In this document: one piece after another, positions 55,408-64,000 of the stretch
Position numbering within the stretch: the first letter of the stretch is position 1
Layout: the number at the start of each line of letters is the position of its first letter
Origin: an uncultured Sphingopyxis sp.
Lineage (GTDB): Bacteria; Pseudomonadota; Alphaproteobacteria; Sphingomonadales; Sphingomonadaceae
Direction: 5' to 3'
Assembly (NCBI GenBank): GCA_964401155.1
Contig: CAYNXF010000004.1
Span: 42,887-106,886 of the forward strand
Length of the DNA: 64,000 nt
Position numbers and translations under genes: made by a program
Notes under the pieces: generated by a model
Databases searched by the model: none
The model's input: only the letters and a program-made list of their open reading frames with translations
Told to the model about the DNA's origin: nothing

Positions 55408-56048
55408 TGACCCGCCCGCTAATCATCACCGATTGCGACGAAGTGCTGATGCACATGGTCGTGCCCTTTGCAGAGTGGGTTGATGCCGAACATGGCGTCG
55501 AATTCCGCATTGAGGATGCGAGCTTTGCCGGCGCCCTAAAGCGTAAAGAGTGCGGCACGCCGCTGGAAGCAATGGAGGTGTGGCCGCTGCTCGACGCCTT
55601 TTTCACCAACGAAATGCCGCGCCAGAAGCCGATTGCCGGGGCACTGGAAGCGCTGGCAGCGCTGGGCGATCTCGCTGATATCGTGATCCTGACCAATGTC
55701 GGGCCGGAGCATCAGCCGCGTCGGGTGGAGCAACTGGCCGCCTATGGCGTCGACATACCCGTCATCGGCAGCCGCGGCGGGAAAGGCGAACCGGTGGCAG
55801 CGCTAGTCGCCGAACGCCAGCCGTCGGTTGCGCTATTCATCGACGATCTGGCGCAACATCATGGCTCGGTCGCCGAACACGCGCCCGGGGTGTGGCGGCT
55901 GCACATGGTGGGCGAGCCCGCCATTGCCGACAAGATCAAACCCGCGCGCCATGCCCATGCACGCATCGATAGCTGGACCGAGGCGCACGCTTGGATTGGC
56001 GCAACCCTGATGGCAGGCCAGCCCGCACCTTCAATCGAAACCGTCTGA
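55407..56048 (+). CDS. HAD-superfamily hydrolase
   Basis: LIITDCDEVL (DxD motif I) and FIDDLAQH (motif IV-like). 213 aa. Confidence 0.65.
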   Translation: MTRPLIITDCDEVLMHMVVPFAEWVDAEHGVEFRIEDASFAGALKRKECGTPLEAMEVWPLLDAFFTNEMPRQKPIAGALEALAALGDLADIVILTNVGPEHQPRRVEQLAAYGVDIPVIGSRGGKGEPVAALVAERQPSVALFIDDLAQHHGSVAEHAPGVWRLHMVGEPAIADKIKPARHAHARIDSWTEAHAWIGATLMAGQPAPSIETV

Positions 56049-56060
56049 AAGGACCCGCTC

Positions 56061-56531
56061 ATGACCGATGTTGCCACCCGCTTTGCCGAACTGGGCCTGA
56101 CCCTGCCCGCCCCTGCCGCGCCGGTGGCGGCCTATGTGCCGACGGTCGAGCATGGCGGCCTGCTACACATTTCAGGCCAGCTGCCCTTTCTGGACGATGG
56201 CAGCTTCGTCACCGGTCGGCTGGGCGATGATGTCGATCTGGCGGGTGGGCAGCATGCCGCCAAGCGCTGCGGCGTGATGCTGATCGCGCAAATTGGCGCG
56301 GCGCTCGGCGGCGATTTTTCGCGCGTCGAACGCATCGTCAAGCTGGGCGTGTTCGTGAATTCGACCCCCGATTTCACGGACCAGCCGCAGGTCGCCAATG
56401 GCGCATCCGAGCTGATGGAGGCAGTGTTCGGCGCAAATGGCAAACACGCCCGCAGTGCGGTCGGTGTCGCTGTGCTGCCGCGCGGTGCGGCGGTGGAAAT
56501 CGACGCCATCGTCGCGGTGCGCCCGGCGTAA
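56061..56531 (+). CDS. RidA/YjgF-family protein
   Basis: LLHISGQLP, KLGVFVNSTPDF, ARSAVGVAVLPRGAAVEIDAIV. Confidence 0.85.
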   Translation: MTDVATRFAELGLTLPAPAAPVAAYVPTVEHGGLLHISGQLPFLDDGSFVTGRLGDDVDLAGGQHAAKRCGVMLIAQIGAALGGDFSRVERIVKLGVFVNSTPDFTDQPQVANGASELMEAVFGANGKHARSAVGVAVLPRGAAVEIDAIVAVRPA

Positions 56532-56537
56532 GAGCGC

Positions 56538-57677
56538 ATGGCCGAGGCCGACCGCCTCACTCTGAAAATCGGCAGCGGGGTTAGCGAAATTCCTGCTGCC
56601 GCATGGGATGCGCTGCACGATGGTGGCAATCCCTTTGTTGGCCACGCCTTTTTGACGCTGCTCGAGCAATCAGACAGCGTTGGCCCCGGCACCGGCTGGC
56701 AGGCGGCACCCTTGCTGGTCGAGGATGCGGGGGGCAGGTTGCTCGCCGCCGCGCCCGCCTATGTGAAAGGGCATAGCCAGGGCGAATATGTGTTTGACCA
56801 TAGCTGGGCCGATGCGTGGCACCGCGCTGGCGGCGATTATTATCCCAAGTTGCAGATCGCAGTGCCGTTCACGCCGGTGTCTGGACCGCGCCTGCTTGGC
56901 CGCGATGCCGACGCGCTGGCGCTGCTGGTACGCGGGGCCGAGGCGCTGGTGCGCGGCAACAGCCTGTCATCGGCGCATGCGACCTTTGTGACGCGCGACC
57001 AAATGCCATTGTTCGAGCGCGCCGGGTGGTTGCCGCGCCGTGACATCCAGTTTCATTTCACCAACCCAGGCTACCGCGATTTTGGGGATTTCCTCTCCAC
57101 CCTCACCTCGGCGCGGCGCAAACAACTCAGGAAAGAGCGAGCCAAGGCAGCTGAGGGGTTGCGGCTGGAGAATCGCAGCGGCACCGAGCTGACCCAATCA
57201 GACTGGGACGCGATGTGGTATTTCTATCAGGACACCGGCGCACGCAAATGGGGCCAGCCCTATCTGACCCGCGCGGCGTTCGACCTAATGGCCGCGCGGA
57301 TGGCGGACCAGATCATCTTGTCGCTAGCCTATCGCGGCGAGGCGGCGGTCGCTGGGGCGCTGCACTTCATTGGCGCGGACACATTATACGGCCGCTATTG
57401 GGGCGCGCGGGCCGACATCCCCTATCTGCATTTCGAGCTATGCTATTATCAGGCGATCGACATTGCGATCGCGCGCGGCCTGAAAACCGTCGAGGCGGGG
57501 GCGCAGGGCGGACATAAGCTGGCGCGTGGTTATGCCCCCGTTGCCACTTGGTCGGCGCATTATATCGCCGATTCCGGGTTTCGCCGCGCGGTGGCCGAAT
57601 TTCTGGAGCGCGAGCGCGCTGCCGAGGAAGTCGAGGCCGACTGGCTGGCGCGGCATCTGCCCTATCGCAAGGCTTAA
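56538..57677 (+). CDS. GNAT / FemAB-like N-acetyltransferase family protein (DUF482 type)
   Basis: NPFVGHAFLTLLEQS, YVKGHSQGEYVFDHSWADAW, YGRYWG, AGAQGGHKLARGY. Confidence 0.75.
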   Translation: MAEADRLTLKIGSGVSEIPAAAWDALHDGGNPFVGHAFLTLLEQSDSVGPGTGWQAAPLLVEDAGGRLLAAAPAYVKGHSQGEYVFDHSWADAWHRAGGDYYPKLQIAVPFTPVSGPRLLGRDADALALLVRGAEALVRGNSLSSAHATFVTRDQMPLFERAGWLPRRDIQFHFTNPGYRDFGDFLSTLTSARRKQLRKERAKAAEGLRLENRSGTELTQSDWDAMWYFYQDTGARKWGQPYLTRAAFDLMAARMADQIILSLAYRGEAAVAGALHFIGADTLYGRYWGARADIPYLHFELCYYQAIDIAIARGLKTVEAGAQGGHKLARGYAPVATWSAHYIADSGFRRAVAEFLERERAAEEVEADWLARHLPYRKA

Positions 57678-57994
57678 GCCGCGTAGCGGCGTGCGTGTTC
57701 CGCCGGGCGGCGGGCCGTTTCGTCGAGCCAGGCGCGCGCCTGACGCTGTGCTTCGGCGATTTCCTCGCGGCTCATTTCGGCCGAGACATCGGCGCGGCAC
57801 TGCTGGCCTTCGCGGTTGCCAGCCAGCGCCGCCAAGTTGAACCATTTGTGGGCCTGGATGAGGTCGACATCGACCCCGCCGCTGCCGGTGGAGAAAGCGA
57901 TGCCGAGGTCGAAATAGGCCGCCGCTTCGCCGCGTGCGGCCCCCGCCAGGCTGCCTTCGACCAGATACTGCGCGCTCTTCATGCTGTTGGCCAT
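57674..57994 (-). CDS. small Sel1-repeat protein
   Basis: AAAYFDLGIAFSTGSGGVDVDLIQAHKWFNLAALAGNREG. 106 aa. Its stop overlaps the convergent GNAT stop (CTTAAG). Confidence 0.7.
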   Translation of the reverse strand: MANSMKSAQYLVEGSLAGAARGEAAAYFDLGIAFSTGSGGVDVDLIQAHKWFNLAALAGNREGQQCRADVSAEMSREEIAEAQRQARAWLDETARRPAEHARRYAA

Positions 57995-58129
57995 GTGCCG
58001 TCCCCCCCAAGCCCGAACACACCGGGCTGACAGAGGGAAATTTGCCGAGCGTGGTCAACAAAAGGTTAACGCAGCTAGTAGAAATTTTGATTTCGGTATT
58101 AACTGTATGAAAAAAAGTTGTTTAATCCA

Positions 58130-58969
58130 TTAACCAACCGGCCAATTGTCGATCAATCGGGTGCGCCCGAGGCGCGCCGCAGCCAGCAGGCGCGCCGGTT
58201 CACGCCAAGTTTCGAGCCGTTCGAGCGTGACCGCATCGGCGAGCGCAATATAGTCGATGCTTTCAAAGCCGCCCGCCAAAATGGCAGCTTCGGCGCCCGC
58301 CAATGCTTCCGCGACAGGGGTTCCCGCCGCAATTGCGCGCGCGGCTTCCTTAAGCGCGCGCGGAAAGGCCGCAGCCGCCGCGCGCTGCCCTTCTGACAGA
58401 TATGCATTGCGCGACGAACGGGCGAGCCCGTCGGCTTCGCGCACGATGGCGACGCCGTGCACCGCAACCGGCAGGTCGAGGTCGGCGGTCATCTGGCGGA
58501 TGATGGCGAGTTGCTGCCAATCCTTTTCACCGAACAGCGCGATGTCAGGCTGAATCTGGTTGAAGAGTTTGGTGACCACGGTCGCCACGCCGTCGAAATG
58601 GCCGGGGCGCGCTGCGCCGCAAAAATCATCACCGAGCCCCGCGACTGCAATATGGGTAGCATGCCCCGCCGGATACATGGCGGCGACATCGGGGGCCCAC
58701 AGCAACGACACTCCGGCATCGATCAACAGGGCCGCGTCGCGCGGTTCGTCGCGCGGATAGGCCGCAAAATCTTCATTCGGTCCAAACTGGGTCGGATTGA
58801 CGAAAATCGACACCACCACATGGTCTGCCTTGCGCCGCGCCTCGGCAACCAGCGCCAGATGCCCTGCATGCAGCGCGCCCATCGTCGGTACCAGCGCCAG
58901 CGTCGCTCCGTCCGTGCGCAAATGCCGTACCGCGCTGCGCAGCGCGCTCACTTCACGGATGATTTGCAC
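58130..58969 (-). CDS. panC: pantoate--beta-alanine ligase
   Basis: LVPTMGALHAGHLALV, VVVSIFVNPTQFGPNEDF, FGEKDWQQL, GLARSSRN. Start taken at GTG 58969; the upstream part of the 566-aa track ORF is antisense to mipZ. Confidence 0.9.
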   Translation of the reverse strand: MQIIREVSALRSAVRHLRTDGATLALVPTMGALHAGHLALVAEARRKADHVVVSIFVNPTQFGPNEDFAAYPRDEPRDAALLIDAGVSLLWAPDVAAMYPAGHATHIAVAGLGDDFCGAARPGHFDGVATVVTKLFNQIQPDIALFGEKDWQQLAIIRQMTADLDLPVAVHGVAIVREADGLARSSRNAYLSEGQRAAAAAFPRALKEAARAIAAGTPVAEALAGAEAAILAGGFESIDYIALADAVTLERLETWREPARLLAAARLGRTRLIDNWPVG

Positions 58970-59044
58970 CGCTTCGCCTGCTCCTCTAACACCATGCCCA
59001 GTCAACCCGCGCGGGCTTTTATGCCCGCAATTTACAAAGCCGCA

Positions 59045-59872
59045 ATGCCCATGAACCCTGCCAGCCCGCATGTCATCCTGTTCGCCAACGAGAAGGGTGG
59101 GACTGGCAAATCGACCTGCGCGGTGCATTTTGCTGTGGCCTTGTCGGCCATGGGGTGGCGCGTATCGGGCATCGACCTTGATTCGCGCCAGCGCACCTTC
59201 CACCGCTATCTGGAAAACCGCCAGCGCACAGCGGCGCGGCGCGACATCGATTTGCCTAGCCCGCGCTTCGACGTGTTCAATGGCGATTCGATTGCAACGC
59301 TGGACAATCAGATCAATGCACTGGCGACCGACTGCGACTATCTGGTCATCGACACGCCGGGTCGCGATGACAAATTCACCCGTTATCTGGCCACGCGCGC
59401 CGATACTTTGGTTACTCCTATCAACGACAGCTTCATCGATTTCGACCTGATCGGCGAAGTTGACCCGGAGGATTTTCGCGTCATCCGCCCCAGTTTCTAT
59501 TCCGAGCTGATCTGGGACACGCGCAAAGCGCGTGCCAAGGCGGATGGGCGCACGATCGATTGGGTCATCCTGCGCAACCGCTTGCAGCATGTCGAAGCAC
59601 GCAACATGCGCCGCGTCGGCGATGCCCTGGACCAGCTGGCGCGGCGCGTTGGCTTTCGTGTGATCCCCGGGCTGGGCGAGCGAGTGATTTACCGCGAACT
59701 GTTTCCGACCGGGCTGACTTTGCTCGACAAGGCGCACCTGGGCGGCCTTGCCATTGCACATGTGGTCGCGCGGCAGGAATTGCGCGAGGCGTTGGCGGGA
59801 CTTAACCTGCCGCAGCGCGAACGCATGCACCCCGATGGCGATTTGTTCGCACCGCCGGTCGCCGCGGACTAG
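59045..59872 (+). CDS. mipZ: division-plane positioning ATPase MipZ (ParA/MinD superfamily)
   Basis: HVILFANEKGGTGKSTCAVHFAVAL deviant Walker A, IDLDSRQRTFHRYLENR, LVIDTPG. Divergent from panC, as is usual in alphaproteobacteria. Confidence 0.85.
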   Translation: MPMNPASPHVILFANEKGGTGKSTCAVHFAVALSAMGWRVSGIDLDSRQRTFHRYLENRQRTAARRDIDLPSPRFDVFNGDSIATLDNQINALATDCDYLVIDTPGRDDKFTRYLATRADTLVTPINDSFIDFDLIGEVDPEDFRVIRPSFYSELIWDTRKARAKADGRTIDWVILRNRLQHVEARNMRRVGDALDQLARRVGFRVIPGLGERVIYRELFPTGLTLLDKAHLGGLAIAHVVARQELREALAGLNLPQRERMHPDGDLFAPPVAAD

Positions 59873-60120
59873 GCCAAGGTCGCTAGCAGCATCGCGGTCT
59901 GCAATAGCAGAATCAGCACGGCCTCGGCGCGCAAGCGATAATCGGGACGGTCAGTGTCAAACATTAACGGGGGCATGGCGCCAACAGCGCGGCGTGTCGC
60001 AGCCAAGCCCGCCCGATCCGGCGCCGTTTTGGTATACCAAGCAAAAATCCTGCCAGATTGACCTTTGCCGCGCCGCTGGGGTAACGCAGCGCCAATTCCA
60101 TTCAGGCAGCAAGCAATTCC

Positions 60121-60933
60121 ATGGCCGACAGCGAAATCACCACTTCCGCGTCCAGCAGCACGCATGGCGTTGCCGAAAATGTCGCACACGCGCACGAGGA
60201 TGCCGTGCGCGGCAACGGCCTTGCCGTCATCAGCATCGCCAAAAGTTACGACAAGCGTGTCGTTCTGTCCGATGTTTCGCTATCGGTTGCAAAGGGTGAG
60301 GTTGTTGGATTGCTCGGCCCCAATGGCGCAGGGAAGACCACTTGTTTCTATTCGATCATGGGGCTGGTCAAACCCGATGCCGGGCGCATCATGCTGGACG
60401 GCGCCGACATTACGCAATTGCCCATGTATCGCCGCGCGATTTTGGGGCTGGGCTATTTGCCCCAAGAAACGTCAATTTTTCGCGGGCTGACGGTTGAACA
60501 AAATATCGCCTCGGTGTTGGAGCTGAGCGAGCCTGACAAGGGAGCGAGGTCCGAGAAGCTTGAGCGGCTGCTCGACGAGTTCGGTCTGACGCGTCTGCGC
60601 GAATCGCCATCGATGGCGCTGTCAGGGGGCGAGCGCCGCCGCGCCGAAATTGCCCGCGCGCTGGCCGCCGACCCGTCAATCATTTTGCTCGATGAACCCT
60701 TTGCCGGCATCGATCCGTTATCGATCAGCGATATTCGCGATCTGGTGGCAGATTTGAAGACGCGCGGCATCGGCGTGCTGATCACCGACCATAATGTGCG
60801 CGAGACGCTGGAACTCGTCGACCGCGCCTGCATTATTTATGACGGCAAGGTGCTGCTTGCGGGGTCACCCGCCGAGCTGGTGGCTGATGCGGATGTGCGG
60901 CGGCTGTATCTGGGCGAAAGTTTTTCGCTGTGA
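60121..60933 (+). CDS. lptB: LPS export ABC transporter ATP-binding protein LptB
   Basis: GLLGPNGAGKTT, LSGGERRRAEIARAL, ILLDEPFAGIDP. Immediately upstream of rpoN. Confidence 0.9.
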   Translation: MADSEITTSASSSTHGVAENVAHAHEDAVRGNGLAVISIAKSYDKRVVLSDVSLSVAKGEVVGLLGPNGAGKTTCFYSIMGLVKPDAGRIMLDGADITQLPMYRRAILGLGYLPQETSIFRGLTVEQNIASVLELSEPDKGARSEKLERLLDEFGLTRLRESPSMALSGGERRRAEIARALAADPSIILLDEPFAGIDPLSISDIRDLVADLKTRGIGVLITDHNVRETLELVDRACIIYDGKVLLAGSPAELVADADVRRLYLGESFSL

Positions 60934-60973
60934 GCCGGTCCGGGCGCGGCAGCTGACGGCGGAGTAACCAAGG

Positions 60974-62437
60974 ATGGCGCTCGGTCCCCGCCTTGACCTT
61001 CGCCAGAGCCAAGCGCTGGTGATGACGCCGCAGCTGCAGCAAGCAATCAAGCTGCTCGCGTTGTCCAACCTCGAGCTTGAAGATTATCTCAGCGACGCGT
61101 TGGCCGCTAACCCGCTGCTGGAAATGGATGGCAGCGGTGGCGACGCTGACAGCGAAGTTAATGACGACATTGCACCCGAGGCAAAGGTTATCGCCAACGA
61201 TGGTGCGGCCGATACGATGCTGAGCGGTGATGCGCCGGTGGCCGACGATCTGGACGTCGATTTCGGCGCCGAAACCTTTCACCATGACAGCCTGAGCGAC
61301 AGTGTGATGACCGGCGGCGGTGATGGCGAGGGCGTCGATTTCGATGGCTTTGCCTGTCCTGAAGCCAGTTTGTGTGACCATTTGCTGGCGCAGGCCGGCC
61401 AGCGGTTTTCGGGGCTGGACCTGCTGATTGCCGATCAGATTATCGGGCTGATCGACGAGACTGGCTATTTGCGCGCCGACATTGCCGAACTGGCTGATCG
61501 GTTGGGCGTGGCGCGCGCGGACGTCGAGGCGGTGCTTGCCGAGGTGCAGCGCTTCGACCCGAGCGGGGTGGGCGCGCGCGACCTTGCTGAATGCATTGCC
61601 ATTCAGGCGCGCGAGGTCGACCGCTATGACCCCGCCATGGCGACGCTGATTGCGCATCTCGATCTGCTGGCCAAGGGTGCGCTGCCGCAGTTGAAGCGCA
61701 TCTGCGGTGTCGATGACGAGGATTTGGCTGACATGATCCGCGAGTTGCGCGGTTATGACCCGCGGCCAGGGCTGCGCTTTGGCAGCGAGGCGCCCGAGCC
61801 GGTGGTGCCCGATGTGTTTGTGCGGCCAGTCAAGGCGGGCTGGGCAATCGAGATCAACGGCGCGACCCTGCCGCGGCTGTTGGTCAACCGACGTTACTAT
61901 ACGGAACTGGTGAAGGGCGCAGCGGCGAAAAGCCGGGCGTGGTTGTCCGAACAATTGGCCGACGCGAACTGGCTGGTGCGCGCGCTCGACCAGCGCCAGC
62001 GCACCATCGTCAAGGTCGCTAGTGAAATTGTGAAGCAACAGGATGGCTTTTTTCGCAGCGGGGTGAGCGCGATGCGCCCGCTGACGCTGCGGCAAGTGGC
62101 TGAGGCCATCAGCATGCACGAATCGACCGTCAGCCGCGTCACCAGCAACAAATATCTCGCTTGCCCGCGCGGGGTGTTCGAACTCAAATATTTCTTCTCG
62201 AGCGGGATTGCCGCGACCGACGGCGAAGGAGCGGCATCGGCGGAGGCGATCAAGAGCCGTATCCGCGCACTGATCGAGGGCGAGGATGGCAAGGCGATCT
62301 TGTCAGATGATGCTATCGCCGCGTTGCTTGCGAAGGAGGGGCATGACATCGCCCGCCGCACCGTGGTCAAATATCGGGAGGCGATGGGGATTGGCTCGTC
62401 AGTCCAGCGGCGGCGGCAGAAAGCGCTGGCTTGCTGA
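60974..62437 (+). CDS. rpoN: RNA polymerase sigma-54 factor
   Basis: MALGPRLDLRQSQALVMTPQLQQAIKLL region I, and the RpoN box ARRTVVKYREAMGI near the C-terminus. Confidence 0.95.
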   Translation: MALGPRLDLRQSQALVMTPQLQQAIKLLALSNLELEDYLSDALAANPLLEMDGSGGDADSEVNDDIAPEAKVIANDGAADTMLSGDAPVADDLDVDFGAETFHHDSLSDSVMTGGGDGEGVDFDGFACPEASLCDHLLAQAGQRFSGLDLLIADQIIGLIDETGYLRADIAELADRLGVARADVEAVLAEVQRFDPSGVGARDLAECIAIQAREVDRYDPAMATLIAHLDLLAKGALPQLKRICGVDDEDLADMIRELRGYDPRPGLRFGSEAPEPVVPDVFVRPVKAGWAIEINGATLPRLLVNRRYYTELVKGAAAKSRAWLSEQLADANWLVRALDQRQRTIVKVASEIVKQQDGFFRSGVSAMRPLTLRQVAEAISMHESTVSRVTSNKYLACPRGVFELKYFFSSGIAATDGEGAASAEAIKSRIRALIEGEDGKAILSDDAIAALLAKEGHDIARRTVVKYREAMGIGSSVQRRRQKALAC

Positions 62438-62496
62438 TTTTGTTTACATCGAGGGCGTAGACCCGAACAAAGCCGCTGCTCTTGCCTCGGTTACGG

Positions 62497-62524
62497 TTGA
62501 CATTCACCGCTTTGCCCCATAGGT
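62497..62524 (+). promoter_or_regulatory. candidate sigma-70-type promoter for rpmJ (TTGACA-N16-ATAGGT)
   Basis: A perfect -35 hexamer at 62497-62502 and a weak -10 at 62519-62524, about 40 nt upstream of the L36 ATG. Confidence 0.3.
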
Positions 62525-62564
62525 GCGCCGCTTCGCGTGCAACGCCAGATATTCGGAACCAGTC

Positions 62565-62690
62565 ATGAAGATTCGCAACAGCCTGAAATCACTGAAGGAC
62601 CGCCACCGGGACAACCGCGTGATTCGCCGCCGTGGCCGGACCTATGTGATCAACAAGACCAACCGCCGCTTCAAGGCGCGCCAGGGCTGA
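62565..62690 (+). CDS. rpmJ: 50S ribosomal protein L36 (zinc-independent YkgO type)
   Basis: Translated by hand: [41 protein letters not shown] (41 aa). No Cys/His zinc ribbon. Below the ORF-track cutoff. Confidence 0.9.
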   Translation: MKIRNSLKSLKDRHRDNRVIRRRGRTYVINKTNRRFKARQG

Positions 62691-62787
62691 TGCCGCTGGC
62701 CGGGGCAAATTTGCCCCGCCCGTCATTGTTGAATAGCGTCACGCCGTCGGAGGATTCCGGCGGCGCTTTCGCGTGGGTAGAGCGCGC

Positions 62788-63399
62788 ATGATCCCCCGCT
62801 GCGTTATCTTCGACGTGGGCAAGGTGCTGTTCCAGTGGGATTTGCGCCACCTTTTCGCCAAGCTGATCGACGATCCGGCCGAGCTGGAATGGTTCGTCAC
62901 CAACGTCGTCACGCCCGAATGGCATTTCCAGCACGATGCGGGGCGGCCACTGGCCGTAATGCTGCCCGAGTTGAAGGCACAGTTTCCCGCGCACGCCGCG
63001 CTGATCGACGCCTATGCTGCGCGGTTCAACGAGACCATACCAGGGCCCGTGCCGGGCAGCCTGGAGCTGGTCGAACGGCTCGACGCGGCGGGTGTGCCCT
63101 TGTTCGCCATCACCAATTTCGGCCATGAATTCTGGGAAATGTTCCGTCCGACGCAGCCGATCTTTTACCGGTTCCGCGATATCATCGTGTCGGGGACGGA
63201 GCAGCTGGTAAAGCCGGACCCAGCGATCTACGCGCTGGCCATTGAACGGTTCAGTATCGACCCGGCAGGCGCATATTTCATCGACGACATCGCCGCCAAT
63301 GTGGCCGGAGCGGCGTCGCTGGGGATTGCGGGACATCTTTTTACCGGAGCCCCCGAGTTGGCCCGCGACCTTGCGGCGCGCGGCTATTTGCCGGACTGA
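62788..63399 (+). CDS. HAD-IA family hydrolase
   Basis: CVIFDVGKVLFQW (motif I), AITNFG, KPDPAIY, YFIDDIAANV. Start taken at ATG 62788. Confidence 0.8.
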   Translation: MIPRCVIFDVGKVLFQWDLRHLFAKLIDDPAELEWFVTNVVTPEWHFQHDAGRPLAVMLPELKAQFPAHAALIDAYAARFNETIPGPVPGSLELVERLDAAGVPLFAITNFGHEFWEMFRPTQPIFYRFRDIIVSGTEQLVKPDPAIYALAIERFSIDPAGAYFIDDIAANVAGAASLGIAGHLFTGAPELARDLAARGYLPD

Positions 63400-63407
63400 G
63401 CCGTCCC

Positions 63408-64000
63408 CTACTTCTCCACCCCCAGCTGCGTCAGCACAAAGGCAAATTCCTCGGCATCCTCGCGCAATGCGCCCCAGCGGCCCGATTTGCCGCCGTGACC
63501 CGCGCCCATATTGGTGCGCAGCAAGACAGTCGCGTCATTGGTTCGTTTTGCCCGGATTTGGGCAACCCATTTGGCTGGCTCCCAATAGGTCACACGCGGG
63601 TCGTTGAGCCCCGCTGATACCAACATGGGCGGATAGGCCTTCGCCGCCACATTTTCATAAGGGCTGTAGGACAGCATATAATCAAAGCTGTCCTTGCTGG
63701 TGATGGGATTGCCCCATTCGGGCCATTCGCCCGGCGTGAGTGGCAGGCTTTCATCGGTCATGGTGTTGATGACATCGACGAAAGGCACGCCCGCGAGCAC
63801 CGCGCCCCACAGCTCGGGCGCTTCGTTATACACCACGCCCATCACCTGCCCGCCCGCCGAGCGGCCTTCGATGCTGATTTTGCCCGCGCTGGTGTATTTT
63901 TTCGCGATCAAGCCGCGCGCCACGTCGATGAAATCGTTGAACGTATTTTTGCGCTCGAACATTTTCCCCGCAAGATACCATTTGCGCCCCAGATCATCGC
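63408..64000 (-). CDS. S9 (prolyl oligopeptidase / oligopeptidase B) family serine peptidase, C-terminal part (N-terminus outside the window)
   Basis: The reading frame continues past 63962 to the window edge. Catalytic elbow IEGRSAGGQVMG, then GLNDPRVTYWEPAKW and GAGHGG. Confidence 0.85.
   Translation of the reverse strand, partial: DDLGRKWYLAGKMFERKNTFNDFIDVARGLIAKKYTSAGKISIEGRSAGGQVMGVVYNEAPELWGAVLAGVPFVDVINTMTDESLPLTPGEWPEWGNPITSKDSFDYMLSYSPYENVAAKAYPPMLVSAGLNDPRVTYWEPAKWVAQIRAKRTNDATVLLRTNMGAGHGGKSGRWGALREDAEEFAFVLTQLGVEK

Noticed and set aside
58041-58129. AT-rich stretch between panC and the Sel1 gene, with several TTAA/TTAAC words. I checked it for CtrA boxes (TTAA-N7-TTAAC) because cell-cycle genes (mipZ, divK) are nearby.
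   Set aside because: The spacings found are N4, or only half-sites are present. No full TTAA-N7-TTAA match exists. It is more likely just the Sel1-gene promoter region.
58970-59830. N-terminal 287 aa of the 566-aa minus-strand ORF, and the first 196 aa of the 471-aa plus-strand ORF (58457-59044)
   Set aside because: The two long ORFs are mutually antisense extensions of panC and mipZ. The recognisable homology begins at GTG 58969 for panC and at ATG 59045 for mipZ.
59869-60195. 108-aa minus-strand ORF in the mipZ-lptB spacer. A shorter 35-aa version (MPPLMFDTDRPDYRLRAEAVLILLLQTAMLLATLA) has a hydrophobic tail.
   Set aside because: The long form overlaps the lptB start in antisense. The short form is conceivable as a small membrane protein, but it has no RBS or conservation evidence that I can assess.
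60833-62119. 428-aa minus-strand ORF
   Set aside because: It is antisense to rpoN, which has region I and the RpoN box. This is an artefact of GC-rich codon structure.
62698-62720. Perfect 16-nt palindrome ggggcaaatttgcccc after rpmJ, considered as a terminator
   Set aside because: No T-run follows it. It may still be a weak terminator or a protein-binding site, but the evidence is too thin to annotate.
1-64000. Looked for CRISPR arrays, transposases, integrases, phage genes, toxin-antitoxin pairs and defence-system hallmarks. I paid particular attention to the regions next to the two tRNA-Gly genes.
   Set aside because: I found no regularly spaced direct repeats and no recombinase or transposase-like ORF. 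The tRNA flanks carry ordinary genes: an aspartic protease and a thioredoxin-like gene at one, putA and a LuxR-type gene at the other. No duplicated tRNA 3' ends are present.
1-64000. Sigma-54 promoters (TGGCAC-N5-TTGCW), searched because rpoN is present
   Set aside because: Every TGGCAC or GTGCCA occurrence I inspected lacked a correctly spaced TTGC. Examples are those near 9236, 39295, 53208, 56815 and 30020. All are intragenic.

Overview
High-GC chromosomal segment, judged by eye rather than computed. It is from an alphaproteobacterium, probably Sphingomonadales-like: MipZ, DivK, LolA, a short GluRS, Gly-run/PT-linker lipoproteins and REP-type palindromes all fit. I call about 56 protein genes, two tRNA-Gly genes, two sub-60-aa ribosomal protein genes missing from the ORF track (rpmG, rpmJ), several intrinsic terminators and three palindromic repeat loci. 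Most of the window is housekeeping: ppx-rlmE, uppP, ftsK, lolA, xth, ribA, relA/spoT, gdhA, putA, prs, nadE, gltX, panC-mipZ and lptB-rpoN. The main finding is a tightly coupled four-gene minus-strand operon at 22521-32290. It encodes a pentahaem cytochrome, a lipoprotein with two GlcG/HbpS-like domains, a ~710-728 aa predicted outer-membrane beta-barrel, and a 1410-aa secreted decahaem cytochrome fused to an LVIVD beta-propeller. I read this as a porin-cytochrome-like envelope redox module whose composition I do not recognise from any characterised system. A second point of interest is a five-gene translationally coupled operon at 39578-46291: AAA/wHTH ATPase, IMPase-family phosphatase, fused E1 alpha/beta TPP dehydrogenase, FabD-like acyltransferase and ALDH7-type dehydrogenase, with no E2, E3 or ACP gene. 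I saw no CRISPR array, transposase, integrase, prophage or rRNA. The many long ORFs antisense to real genes are high-GC artefacts.
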